A stretch of 61,211 nt of DNA, counting the filler, from Sphacelaria rigidula (lineage: Eukaryota): NCBI GenBank assembly GCA_964200075.2. It is 8 parts of 8 records of this genome, joined end to end, with 100 filler letters (N's around TTAATTAATTAA, not from the genome) between each part and the next. Parts side by side here need not be neighbours in the genome. Positions count along the whole stretch, not along the records: positions 1 to 7,565 come from CAXNAA020014311.1; positions 7,666 to 15,229 come from CAXNAA020014312.1; 6 more parts are not named here. The stretch is one strand, 5' to 3'. Both the position numbers and the translations under genes were made by a program. This document shows, in pieces, positions 1-12,172 of this stretch; position 1 is the stretch's first letter, and each line of letters starts with the position of its first letter. The notes beneath the pieces are model-generated. The model worked only from the letters and a program-made list of their open reading frames with translations. It ran no database searches and had not been told where the DNA came from.

Positions 1-3000
1 GGGAGCGGTGGATTCTCATTTCAAAATACGTTCTCATTTTTCTGGCAACTCTGTTACGAGCCGAGATTGTATTATCGCTGTAGCTTGGATTATTCATCAT
101 GGGTCAACGTTTCACCATGACCCTGGGTAAAAATAGACAAATTCACCTCAGGCTTTAGTTCGTACACCGACTGTAACGGATCGCAAACACTCGACCTGAA
201 ATCACAGCCCACCATGATCATGCAGTACCACATAGCAGTGATCAAGCACTGCGGTTGCCTGGATCGTGCGGAGGGTTCGGGGCATATCCTTGGGCTTCGA
301 GAGTTCCGATCTTCTGCCCTCTTCAATGCCGTGGATGCGGTCACAATTCTATTATTACCACTCAACCGCTACCTGTCACGTCCAAATCTGAAAAAGGGGC
401 TTTTGTTGCAGAACAGTCTCCTACTGACAACTTCGGCGAGCAATTATACCCATGCCGCGTCGCGTGGAAGGCGGCTGGCTGGAGGAAGATTTCAACTCGA
501 GTCCATACCGTGCCAGAGGATAGTGGGAACGATCGAGATGACCGTTCATCTTCAGTCTGGTCGATAGCCCTTTCATTAGACTGGACGCATCGAGAAAACA
601 TGCAGTACAAATTGGCCGTGGCTAACCTGGCCTCTGAAGGTTGCCATTGTCGCTTCCAATGCCCCAAGGACGGCTGATGATGCTTCCCTTTCCACCGCAC
701 GGTAGCACCGTAGCTCTCTGTCTCTCGTTGGTTCGTAAACACGTCAACGTCGAGTACAAACAAACCTACGTGAGTTGCTCGGTGGGTGCTTTCGCATGAT
801 CATTCAGGCAGCGCTTTCCCGGTCATCATGGCATGCTATACTGCTGAGCACGCATTTTTGCGCAACAGAATACCTTAAAGTAGAGTACCTTTCGCTCTGT
901 TCCAAGGCCTCTACAGCCGCTTTCCAGCCCTGCAGCACTTCCAGCGTTGACACACCCTTCCCGTCTGCTTGGAGCCCAGAAGCTGCTATGCTATCCCGGC
1001 CGCGGGAACCTGCTGCGCCGAAGACCCCGGCAGTATGCTTTGCCAGTCTCGGCAGCGTACTTGACAAGGTCCAAATTTCGGCTGAGAGAAGAAGAGATGG
1101 GGTCGAAGTAGCCGCACGGTCACGTATCCTTGTGTCAACAAGTTTGTTGAGGAAGTCGGTGGGTACCAACGGGTACTGGAATGAATAAAAAAGGCAGCGA
1201 ACTCGTGTAACTACTTTCCAGCTCATGTGGGGTAATTTCGCGCTCGCATGCGCCTTGCGATCCGTTCATTTAGGAGGTCGTGAATGTTCGACCATAGCGG
1301 TGTATGTGGAAGAAATCGCAGTTCGTGTGCTTTGAGGTATTTCGAAATCTCCAACCAACCAAGAAGATGTTGCCCCAATGCACTGTTACTGCTGTCTCCC
1401 TCATTCAGGTACTCTGTCGTCCACGCTAGTCGGCCGCCAGGGCCCTCCCAGTCTCTACTGCGCCTTCTACCATTTCCGTCGGCTGCGAAATCGTTGTTCC
1501 TTTCCTGCAATTCAACATGAGATATTCCATTCGAAAGAGACATTCCAAGACCGCCGACTGAAGATTGCTCTGCAGAAGCACGCCAAAACGCGGAGAGAGA
1601 GCGCGCTCTTCGTCGAAGAGTAGGTATCGGATCCGGCCACGGCCGACCTGCGTCCCTCTCAACGTCTCCACTATTGTTGGTAGCAGCGGCAGAGGACCCT
1701 GCTGCACGCCCTCGCCGTCGCCTTTCTCGGTGCTCTGCCGTTGATAGAAAGTGAAGTGTTTCGCGGGTATCACCATCCCCCCCGCTGCCGTCGTTTCCCC
1801 AGGAGCCCGAACTACCGCCACGGCAGAACCCGGCACGACTGCGATGGCCCTGTCGTCCACACTCCTCTGCCGACAGCTGTTGCGGGATGCAACCGGTGAT
1901 GGTAGTCCTTCGCGTGCTCGTGACCGAGGTATCGTCAACGTCTCCGTTTCCATCGGTGTCACACTGTTGGAGTTCGTCTTCGATCACTAGCCCGTCCCCG
2001 GAGATCGAGGGATGATCGACTGTACCATATAATGTGTCCATGCATTGCAGCTGCTGCCGATGGTGAAGAGTATCGCCTCGAAAGTTACGATAACCACGTC
2101 GGCGTCGACGACTCTCCAAATTTTCTTGTCTTGTTTGACCGCGGGCTGGACCACGGAGTTGTGAGGTGTAATAGTAGCTTGAGCACGCTTTTGCGAAGGG
2201 CATTCGAGTGAGCTCGGCCTCGAAGTGACCCGGCGGCGAGAAGGGTGAGAGTATTTTGGAGAGATCCAGTATTTCTTGTAGGATTTGCATCATCTGCTTG
2301 TTTGGAGAGTGACAGGTCCGGAAACGAGGAGATGCATTTGACACTTTTCTAGCAGCATCAAGAGGTTATGAGGCACCCCTTCAAAGCGATGGGACACACC
2401 GAAGGATTTTCTAGTCGACCGCTTGTCTCATATTTTATGTCCCGATTCAACGTGTACACGAAACTTCCTCTTGTAGCGTTACCACTCCCGTGGCAGCAGC
2501 GGCGCCAACTGCGCGATATACCCACAACCAGGCATACACGTGTACAGGTTAGGAACGCGAGAGCGGAATTTTACGAAACCCCCCCGATATTATCACCTGC
2601 TCCAGGCCATAGCAAGAGCTCTGCCCCAGGTCGGAAGCTTCATGACTCCTCGCAGCAGCAGTGGTAGCAGCAGTCCTGCTACCCTCGCACGAAACTCTGC
2701 CAGCGCAGCGACTACACTCCTTTAGATGCACCACGCGCATTTGCACCTGCGCTACACTGTCTTGGGGAGTCAGCCGTGCGGCCGCCGCCTCTTGAACGGC
2801 CGTGCCAACTCTCAGACCATCTCGACAATTTCCATCTTCTACCCTTGCGCTAGACACCACATCATGTGATGATGTGCAACGCACCGACTCTACACGCTCC
2901 GAAACCTCGCCAAATCCACGGGTCGCACTGTTCAAGTACCCGCCTCGCTGAGCAGTCTCGAGTGCCGAGTCGTAAGCTAGGATAATCTTGGAAGGGTGAC

Positions 3001-3210
3001 AGCAGCGGAATGTGGAAGTTTCCTTCGAAGGGTGCTCTCCACCTCGAAAGCCTGGTCTTGGAGCCTTGTTTTCATTCTGTTGAGGGCAGTGCTTGGTGTT
3101 TTCTCGGGAGCAGCAGCAGGTTGCACCACAGGAGTGGAGTAGGGCAGATATTTTGGACAGGGCGGAAAGAACCCTGTCAGTACGCAGCTGAACCCCGTCG
3201 TGGAAGAACC
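1..3210 (-). pseudogene. Decayed multi-exon gene with short introns and a SET-domain-like N-terminal motif near the contig edge
   Basis: Long minus-strand open frames (~3210-2585, 2344-1223, ~1177-888) bounded by plausible AG/GT sites. At 507-391 the frame reads YGLELKSS...RGMGIIARRSCQ*ETVLQQKPLF, like SET/SMYD GxGxxAxRxIxxGExILxExP, but with stops and indels. Confidence 0.3.
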
Positions 3211-5463
3211 TAAATCATGTTGCGACATACGTTTTTCCGAAAACATTCCCGCATATTAAACAGCATTTTCGTGGGGTTAAGAGTAGGGCGCTGATTGAGA
3301 GTGGCTTCGATCATTCGCTTCAAGTAGCCATTTTTTCATTCCGTGCGTGCTTTTCTTTGCCTCCATCACTGGCGCATGCTTACAGCTACACTTCGATATA
3401 CTACTCAGCGAGTTCATGGCGAAACGAACCCTATCGGGACACCCCATCTCCAACTGTGGCCGGGGTCAACTGAGTGGGGGAAGTCATCTTCAATCTGCAG
3501 CAAATGTTACACACAGAGATAAAATCCAGGAGGCTATAAAAAAATTCGAAAAAAGTATACAATTGACAAAAGTAGCGAGCAGTTTCCACCGTCGACTTCG
3601 CTCAGGACGCACCTTATGAACACTGCCCCGAAGGTTGCCGGCTCCACGCTTCTACCCCACTCCTCCCCCATGGAAAAACGGGGCGTTCCGCTGACGGCTC
3701 CTGTGATCGTCGCCTCCGGGTGTGCGCAAGGACCGATATTCGCACGCGTACCCTCCCAGGTTATGCCAGAAAATCGAAATCCGGCAGCGCATTGGCCGAG
3801 ATGTCGCTGCTGCGGGGTCCATGGGCGTCGCTGACTTTGTCGCTGCTGCTCGTCGCCATCCTGAGCGCGATAGTGTGCGAGTCGAGTCGAATTTTGAAGC
3901 TGAACCTTATGCCGAATCTATATTGTACTGCTTGGCGTGCTGAGTGTTGACGTATATTTCTTGCAGTACTGTCTGCTGCAGCTGACTACCAGCTGAGTAT
4001 CAGAACAAACAGTGCTTGAATTAGAACTTCATGCTGGTGGAGCTGAAATCACACCCCTCAATCGGAGGTCTAGTACTTGTACGATCAACCTCTCAAGTGT
4101 GTAGTGGTGATAGACCTGCTAGTTTGCCTGATGCAAAAAATGAACGAGCTGATTAGTAAGCACAGCATCAAGTTCGAAACAGAATTCTGCAATTGAATTT
4201 TCCAGCACTGTCCAGTATCAAACTCCCGAGCGTTTTGTCATAGCTAATACTGTAGCAAGTATTTCAACGTATTCTCACGTGAGATATGTCCGGTGGAAGC
4301 CACGCACTGCCAACATCGTCCATCTCCATAGTGGTCACTGTCAGTGTACACGGAGACACCATCCCCTCTCGCGGGTCGGCCAATGCAACAAACCATCGAG
4401 GCTCGAGGCTGCGCCCAACGCCATCCTCATCACTTCTCCTTATCTCACACTGTTCGCTAGTGGTGGCACTTTGGGGTCCCACGACACTATTAGGTGAGGA
4501 TAGTGCATCTTCTGCTCCGAGGACAACTCGCAATGCCCCGTGGTAATGGCACGTGAATCCGTCCGAGGTTGATGCTGAGTAGGCACCCTTCTTCGCGCGC
4601 TTTGGGGTGGTGGGTAGGGGCCGGGGGGGACGGGGGCGAAGGTAAGCAGTGTCTCGCTAACCGATATAGTAGCAAGTAAGTGCTTGTACGCCATGAGACA
4701 TGTGGAGCTGGCCGCACCGCTCAACGGTCGTTTTTTTCCCGATGCAGTACGTAGCAATACGGTCAATTTGCGACATTTGTGACTCAGCAGGACAATGGAA
4801 CACAGTCGATTCGACCGAGGGCACGATTGTCGAGAAACTTGCTGGCGAGCATGTACTGGATGTCAAGTCCAAGCGCGGTTCTATTTCTCAATGAAACGTC
4901 ATCATGAGATACGAGCTTTGCACGTTTTTTGTCGAGGGACGACCTCACCCTGACTCGCTTCTCCCCAGACCATCATGGTCTTGAGAATGCTGGCGGTACA
5001 AAAGACCCGAAGCTTTTTTTTCGTGAAATCATTCGACTGCCATAAAAACCACGTCGACGATCACATGACGCCAGCGCACCTCAGCGGTCGCGTCTTCGTT
5101 TCGCCGCATGTCCAACCTCGTATTTTCGTCCACGAGCATGTTATTCTGATAATAGCCTAGTTCGGCTTCCCGACGCTCTTGTTCATCTGACAGCTCAACC
5201 AAAAGATACTCTCGTGGTTTCTGTCTCTCCTCAACTGGTCGTGCTGGACCGCTTGCTTTTGCGGCGTGACCTTCAATTCCTCCAATCTTGAGGGAGAGAA
5301 TAAGCGGGTGCCGACCGCAGAAGACTGGCGACATGAACCGGCGTCCCTGGGTTTGCAACTGTCGAGGCGAACACATCGCCGGAATGAGGAAAAGCCATTA
5401 TTATGGGTCACGATGAACACCGTTGTCAATCGTTGTACGCCGGACGGTTCAGTTGCAGTATGT

Positions 5464-7013
5464 ACAGGCTGGTTCAGGTTGAACGCCCAAAATTCACTCC
5501 CGCGCGTGTTTCGGGTTAGACCCTGAAATTTTACACACGTGTGCTGAGGGATATTCCGGAAATTTTGATCTACACATTTTTTTTGTTTGCTTCCGCCGGA
5601 AATTCGGAGTCCCTAGGGCCCCGGGGCTCATGCCGCCTCCTGGGACTCTGGATTTCTGGCGAGAAATAAGTACAGTAAGTCATACAGGCTGGTTCACGCT
5701 ATCGCCCGAAATTGTTTCATCAGTAAATGCCTTCCGCAATACCCACCCAATGGTCGCACACATGGTGTCATACTGACCGCAATGAACAGACGAGGAGGGT
5801 GACATGTCCGGACTTTTATTCAAGCTCATAGTAGTGGCGCTAAGGGCGAAAAGGGACCTCGATCAATCGCCACCCTTTGAATCATTCTGGAATTGAAAAT
5901 ACGGAGTTTCAACCCAATTTCTACCCAATGTCCACATACTATACATCAAAGTGATCGCCAGCAGTTCGGAGATCGAACAGAAAAAACAGATTTGGGAACG
6001 GCTACCATGGGATCGAGTTACACCCCTCAAACCGCGATATTTCGGGGATGTGGGATTTTGCCCTCGTCGGATTTCCACTGATGATACACACGAAACACTA
6101 AGGAAAGTTCCCCTTTCACATGTCGTAGAAAAGCTGAGATCGCTCTCAAATTCGGCAGTTCCGCAAAATGAAAACAAAGTACTGTCGACAGTATTTCACA
6201 GTTTTTCCGCTCTTTACCGGCTTCCGGGGGTCCCGGCGTGAAAACGCTCGAAAGGCAGTGCAGAATACCGCAAAACATGCGTCCTGGTTAGTCCAAGGAA
6301 CACACGTACAACGTTTGGTTGCAAAACTCGAAAACCTCATACTCCATTTTTTCTCGACGAACCCGAAAAATAGCTTTTATACTAAAATCAAGTAGTCAGG
6401 AGTTTGCACGTTTCAAGCTCACTTCATCGCAAAATTTCACACGTACTATGGGCCGTAACAAAACGTTTAATGGACGAAATTTTCTTGCTTTCTGATTTTT
6501 TCATCGGTTTTCTGGGGTCTCACGGTGTCCAAGGTCCCCGAGAAATGGTCTCCGAGAACCGCGGGACCCCCAATAACCGGTGAAAAAACGGAAGAAAAAA
6601 TCATCGTCCATCGAAATTTTTCAAGTTTCCTGTTGATCCCATAGCACGTCTGTGCAAAACTTCAGGGTCGAACTCCTAAAACGGCGTCAAGTTGTGCAGA
6701 ATATTTTCAGGGTGATAACCGTGAACCAGCCTCTCGAAAATTTCATCATCTAACTCGAAAACACGCGAGGGATATCGCGCGCATGTGCGTTGAAGCGCAA
6801 AAGTTATAGTATACTACCGACCTCTTTCTTGTTTCGTTCAACCTTACATCCACCGTTTGGCGCCAGTTTTTCGAGTTACGCAACGAAACTTCGTACAAAC
6901 GTTTCCGGGACCACCTCGGGACACATGAAATCCGAGATTTTATGTTGAGGCATTCTGTTTCTGGGGGTCTTCACACCGGGACCTCCGGGAGCCGGTAGAG
7001 AGCGGATAAACTT
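5464..7013. mobile_element. Cluster of Tc1/mariner-like non-autonomous (MITE/foldback) DNA transposon fragments
   Basis: TA|CAGGCTGGTTCA at ~5463 and ~5683, inverted TGAACCAGCCT at ~6722; imperfect inverted repeat between ~6200-6340 and ~6865-7013; no coding capacity. Confidence 0.5.
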
Positions 7014-7229
7014 CAGAATGTTCTTTAAGGATTTTTATCCTATTTGGAGCACCTATATCCGTCAAACTTCAAGTTCAAGGATGGTCGCGGCTTTATCTGC
7101 GACAGGTGTAAACTGTCACGGGACTTTCCACAGTTTTGATTCATACAAGCTGGGCCGCCCAGGATGCGAACAGGAATATTGACACGCAATTTCAGACACT
7201 TCCTACGATAGCCTCCCCCAGGAAGGTGC

Positions 7230-7565
7230 ATGGCACCCGTGAGGCAGCGTATTAGCCGTGGCTACCTCAGGAAGTGGCGATACCAGATAATAAAGCAACT
7301 CACTGGAGACTGTCATCCAGATACAAGATAAATCAGTAGGCTTCGGGCCGAACAATCTTAGTAGCATGCAGCTCACCCTTCATGCGACTTTGTACGGGCG
7401 GATCCCCGATGGGGTTGGCGTCGGTTGGCGATCACGCTGTAAAGCACGCCAACTGCGTAAGCTAGGCAACCAGGTTACCGTTTTTTTTTGCGCACTTGCG
7501 TTTTTTTTGCGGTAACCATGATGGTGGTCGAGCTAGATCATGTTGTGCGGCGTGGGAGAACCTCA
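7230..7565 (+). repeat. Copy of abundant poly(C)-tailed dispersed repeat (family R1), rearranged
   Basis: Reverse complement of ~21005-21160 joined to reverse complement of ~21215-21390. Confidence 0.7.
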
Positions 7566-7665
7566 NNNNNNNNNNNNNNNNNNNNNNNNNNNNNNNNNNN
7601 NNNNNNNNNTTAATTAATTAANNNNNNNNNNNNNNNNNNNNNNNNNNNNNNNNNNNNNNNNNNNN
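7566..7665. other. Artificial contig linker N44-TTAATTAATTAA-N44 (also 15230-15329, 22894-22993, 30558-30657, 38222-38321, 45886-45985, 53549-53648)
   Basis: Seven identical 100-bp spacers with a palindromic all-frame stop cassette; the contigs between them are 7565-7563 bp in descending order. Confidence 0.97.
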
Positions 7666-8170
7666 CCTAGGGATTGATTCGTACGATTCGAATCAAATAT
7701 ACTGAAACCAAGTATTTGTCAAATATACTGAAACCAAGTATCTCGGTGACGCCTCGCCCCACAACCATACCGTACGAACCAAATCAAAGCAGCGGCAATT
7801 TAGTAGGCAGCAGCTGCAGATCGAAATAACACGGCAGCACGCGATCGAAAGGTTCTGACACGACCTCGGGGTACGAGCGTACCAGCCACCAAGTAGGAAA
7901 TTACTTTTCGCTGTCATGTCCTGTTTGCATCATCCTTTTGTCCATATTTTTCATGTCACTCTGGTGCTCGCAGTCCACCGGCGAAGATTTGATCGCATCC
8001 AGCTACTCCGCAGGTGTACACAGTGAGCTTCGCGCATATGTTGGAAGATGACCAGCGAATGTGGGCAATTGGAATATGTTCGAATATGTTATCATGAACC
8101 TGACCGGCGGAAACGCGCATTGCATTGTCTCAGAATCAGTGTTTATGTTGATGATGTGGTCGTCGCTCAG

Positions 8171-8359
8171 TTGGCGCAAAGCATCGCGGACGGGGCGGAG
8201 GAGGCCACCGGAGATGATGCACACCGAGACGATGTGACCGCCTTGATGGTGGCGGCTCAGGGGGGGCACCTGGAGATGGTGACGCTTTTGACCGACAATG
8301 GGGCGGACGTAAAGGCTAAGGATGAGGAGGGGTTCACAGCATTGCTCAACGCTGTCAAG
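8171..8359 (+). CDS. Ankyrin-repeat protein, internal exon A
   Basis: cag|...aag|gtatgc, 189 bp, phase 0; DVTALMVAAQGGHLEMVTLLTDNGADVKAKDEEGFTALLNAVK is an ankyrin consensus. Confidence 0.9.
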
Positions 8360-9889
8360 GTATGCGTATATTGGTGTTTTCACGGCGCGGTACCTGATCC
8401 AATCGCTGTGTTTGAAAAAAAAAAAGCCGAGGGAGACAGTGAAGGACATCAGTCAACGCTTTGGCAATGTTGAGCGGCAGGTGCTGCGCTTGAAACGCGT
8501 CTACAACCTGGTGTTGAAGCAATCACAGAACGTCACCTTGTAGTTGAGCGTAGTTTGGGGAAAATAGTTGACATGTGATGAGAGCCTGCCATACCTCAAA
8601 GCTTTTGCCCTGTCTGCCACTCGAGGTAGTGATTCGAAACAGTATACTGCCGGTCGCGCAGATTGTGCTCCATTAGTACTTGATGGAAGATGTCCATACC
8701 CTGTACGAACTACGATGATTGATCGCAATGGGCCTATACTAGACGGGATGAATTTTTTATTTCTACGGCAACTAGTGATCGTGTTCTGTCCAGGATGTGA
8801 AGATGTTACGACAGGACGAGAATGTTTCCGTGTTCTCTTTCCATACGCCGGCGTTTGGACGGAGTAAAACGTCCAAGCGGTGTGCCAGCAGGGTGGCAAA
8901 CCGCACGCGAGCTCTACCAGCTGGGCCAGCCTAGAAGCATATTTGTAGTTTGCAGGCGAATTCGCGATCTTTCACGTAAAGCTGGACACTAGAAATTCCT
9001 ATGGACAATTAACAGGGCATGGAAAAAATAATTCTGCCGGGTCTTGAATTCTATAAGGCCAGGGCTACACAGTATTACGGTACTATCGAATGCTGTACAG
9101 ATGGTACGGAGAGAGAGAACATTGCATCAGCAATTGCACTGCATTTTTCAATGGTCGAGGCAGAGTTTTCAAAATTCAGAAGCCACGAGCTGCGTCGCCA
9201 GGCCTGCATGCAAACGATCATTCCATTCCCATTTGTGCTGAAAACAATTGAGATGCTTATTTTACAGAGTGACCACACACTCCGTATACTAAACCCCAGG
9301 CGTGGTGACGGACCGGAACGCGGACCGTGGCCGCCAACGATCCGCAATGCACCCGTACTGTACCGAGCAACACCATGCACACCATCGAACGCGGGGCATG
9401 ATCACGTTTTCAGCCTGCAACTTGCGCCGACGATCCAGCCTTGAACATAGCTTTTCAAATATGCCGCGTGTTTGGTCGTGGGTCTTTCCCGAGAAGCTTC
9501 TGGCTCGCGTGGATTATACCTACTTCGGGGATGCTCTAAGCTGGTATTTTTTATGATGACCCTTCTACGCGTAAATCCGCGAATATTTCACCTTTTTGTT
9601 TGTTTTGGCGGAACGCTGAGGTACGTACCAGTTGCCGTTCCAATAACCTTGTGAACGACCAGATGGCTGGCGCTGTGTCGTCAGGGAGTGACAATATGGA
9701 AATGTCACTGAGTTCAAATCAAGTCATTGGCTTGCCCACCCACCCGTACACCTCTCACCTGTTTCTCACGACTCATGTCCTTGCTTCCGTCTGGCTTATA
9801 CTTTCCCGTCCTTCATGTTCCTCTCTGTTGCGGAACATATTTTGTGCCTTTTGCTTCGGACCGACTCCTTGCCGTTGGGATCGGAGAAG

Positions 9890-10012
9890 GGCAACTTTGA
9901 GGAGGTGGCCACATTACTGGTGGAGCGCGGAGCCGACCCAAATGATGTGTACACGGACGACAAGGGGAAGGAGCACAACCTGCTCTTCGACAGCGTGACT
10001 TTGGGCAACGAG
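9890..10012 (+). CDS. Ankyrin-repeat protein, internal exon B
   Basis: GAG-AAG (NAGNAG) acceptor, gag|gtatga donor, 123 bp; GNFEEVATLLVERGADPND completes the repeat begun in exon A. Confidence 0.85.
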
Positions 10013-10377
10013 GTATGATGTGTGGCTGGAAAAAGATTGCACACACCTGCGGTTTATGAAAAAACGAGAAACAACACGCGCTACCAATTCCTCCCAATTT
10101 ACTGCGTGTCGTAACATTTCGCTGTTTTGTGTTGTCGCCAGAATTCAGAGTGTTCGCATGGATGAATTTTCCAACATATTTTTTTTTCGTTGTCCCTCGC
10201 GTCTTCTATGATTTTGACGCCCTCGTCCCTGCCGGACAGAACTCCCCCCCCTCGCCTCCCGCCCTCCCACACGACGAAATGTAGTCCGTAGGTGAAGGCG
10301 CGGGGTAAAAAAACAAGAGTGAGAGACAAAATAGAAACGAGGGGGAAACGAGCGCTCGGACCCGAAGTAGACGAGGG

Positions 10378-10905
10378 AGTACACCTGAAGATTCACGGGG
10401 GGTCGAGAGGGGGATGGGCATGAAAACATATCTGCATGGCCCAGTGGACGCAGCAAACATTTTGAAACTGCAGCTTCGGGTGGGGGAACTGGACCTGCCA
10501 GGAAATATATATATATATGTTCACCAGTTGTCGAGAGGTTGAAGTAGATGCACATAATTGCCCCTGTGGCAAAACAATAGAGCAGAAGTCATGTGGTGGC
10601 AGGATGTGAATTATACAAGCAGGAGCAAGACGTGCTAGAGGGGAGAATGTGGGACGTGAACCAAGGTATCATGAAATCGTTTGATGCATTAACGAGACGG
10701 TAGGGAGAAAACGATGGTTTTACTTGGAGATGAATGGTAGCCACAGGCCGCGAAGCAGGATGGGATATGCAAAACGTTGACGAACCTCGAGGAGCTCCCG
10801 AATGTCGGAGAAATCTCTATCGTGGGTAGGAACCGTGCTCCGCCTTGACGGGGATGCGTGGTCACTGTCGCATGACCAAATGCAAGCAACGAAGCAACAA
10901 ACAAA
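10378..10905 (+). mobile_element. Degenerate LINE (non-LTR retrotransposon) 3' end with C-terminal CCHC zinc knuckle
   Basis: Frameshifted MKTYLHGPVDAANILKLQLRVGELDLP...CPCGKTIE/SRSHVVAGCELY. The 3' tail gtgctccg..gggatgcgtggtc..aagcaacaaa is shared with SINE copies elsewhere. Lies in an ankyrin-gene intron. Confidence 0.7.
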
Positions 10906-10954
10906 AATACCCTGCTCTCAAACTCCCAATCCCCCCTGCAACCCCTGAAACGAG

Positions 10955-11078
10955 CCCGGTCCGGCGAAAACCCGGCATGGTGCATCCCTGCTCCGCAAGT
11001 ATGCGAAGTCAATGGCCCCATGACTACGGCATGCAGGATCATGTATGCAGGGAGTACCCCCCTCCCCCTCCCCCCCTC
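10955..11078 (+). repeat. Family R1 3' end with GAGTAC-poly(C) tail
   Basis: Reverse complement of 20856-20965; ends gggagtacccccctcccctcccccc. Confidence 0.7.
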
Positions 11079-11132
11079 TGCTCGTCGTCAAAATCTTGAA
11101 CCTATACCGTGGGTTGCCCTTGTTTCGCCCAG

Positions 11133-11333
11133 GAATTCGCAGAGCTCCTTGTGAGCAAGGGGGCAAAAGCTGACTTCCGCGACCCATCAGGAGCGACGGT
11201 GCTGGTACATGCGGCGCACTCGCGCATGGCGAAGGTGGTGTCTGCTCTTTTGGCCGCTCCTGCGTCCACCGGGGTGGACAAGGATGCCCACAGCGAAGAG
11301 GGGGTGACGGCGCTTATCGCGGCTGCCATGAAG
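11133..11333 (+). CDS. Ankyrin-repeat protein, internal exon C
   Basis: ccag|...aag|gtctgt, 201 bp, phase 0; ELLVSKGAKADFRDPSGATVLVHAA...EGVTALIAAAMK. Confidence 0.88.
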
Positions 11334-12109
11334 GTCTGTGTTCTTTGAGCGTGCTCAAGTCTTGGTCAGGACGGCAGTTGCGATATGCTCTTGTAATATG
11401 TGATATGAAGCCTTGTAATCCGGGTATTGTTTGTTCTAATGATGCATGTTGTAATCGTTAGTTATGAGGACGAATCCTGAATCTGCAACGATTCCCATCC
11501 GTGCAAAATCCGATGACTTGGTCATGAGAATGTCTGATTGGCAAGGCCGCCAATATGGTCTCATGGGTATGTTGGAATAGTCACGTGCGAGTGGGGTCAT
11601 TTTTTTCAGGGGTGTGGTCACTTTGTAGTGAAGCCGAGCAACACGCAGCCCGTGAATAATCCTTCAAGAACAGTGTCACACCGTGGTACCCTAGAGAAAT
11701 AGTGCAGTACACTCGATCATTATAGTACCCGATGATACGGTGCGGTAATTTATGATGAAGTCAGTATTGCGAGAACAATGCCAAAATCGAGTGCAGTACG
11801 CGTCCAGTGCCGTACATCACACCCTGCGAACACAAGAACTGACTGTAGGGTAGTACAGCACCGGTCGTAACGGTGATACATATGACAGTACACTGCAGTA
11901 CATCACCATCGCCGCGAAGTACAGCGTCAACAAGTCACATCTGCTTGTCGAACCCCGTGCGCGCAACCCATGCTAAAGTCGTGGTTGTTCCACTGTCCCG
12001 CACTCGGAGGAGCTGATATCTACTTTGTTGGATGTGTCGTCATGATACGCAAATATTTTCGTCTCGGCTGCCTCTGTCGCTTTTTTCTTGTAATACTCGC
12101 CTGATGAAG

Positions 12110-12172
12110 GGTCATGCTGACGTGGTGGGGATGCTTATAGACGCAAAGTGCAACTTGGACTTCGCGGATAAG
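12110..12172 (+). CDS. Ankyrin-repeat protein, internal exon D
   Basis: aag|...aag|gtatgt, 63 bp; GHADVVGMLIDAKCNLDFADK continues AAAMK|GH. Confidence 0.85.

Noticed and set aside
1..5400. Endogenous phaeovirus or giant-virus segment
   Set aside because: No viral hallmark genes, and the frames appear intron-interrupted.
7610..7621. TTAATTAATTAA recurring every ~7664 bp as a biological periodic motif
   Set aside because: It is always centred in N runs; an assembly linker.
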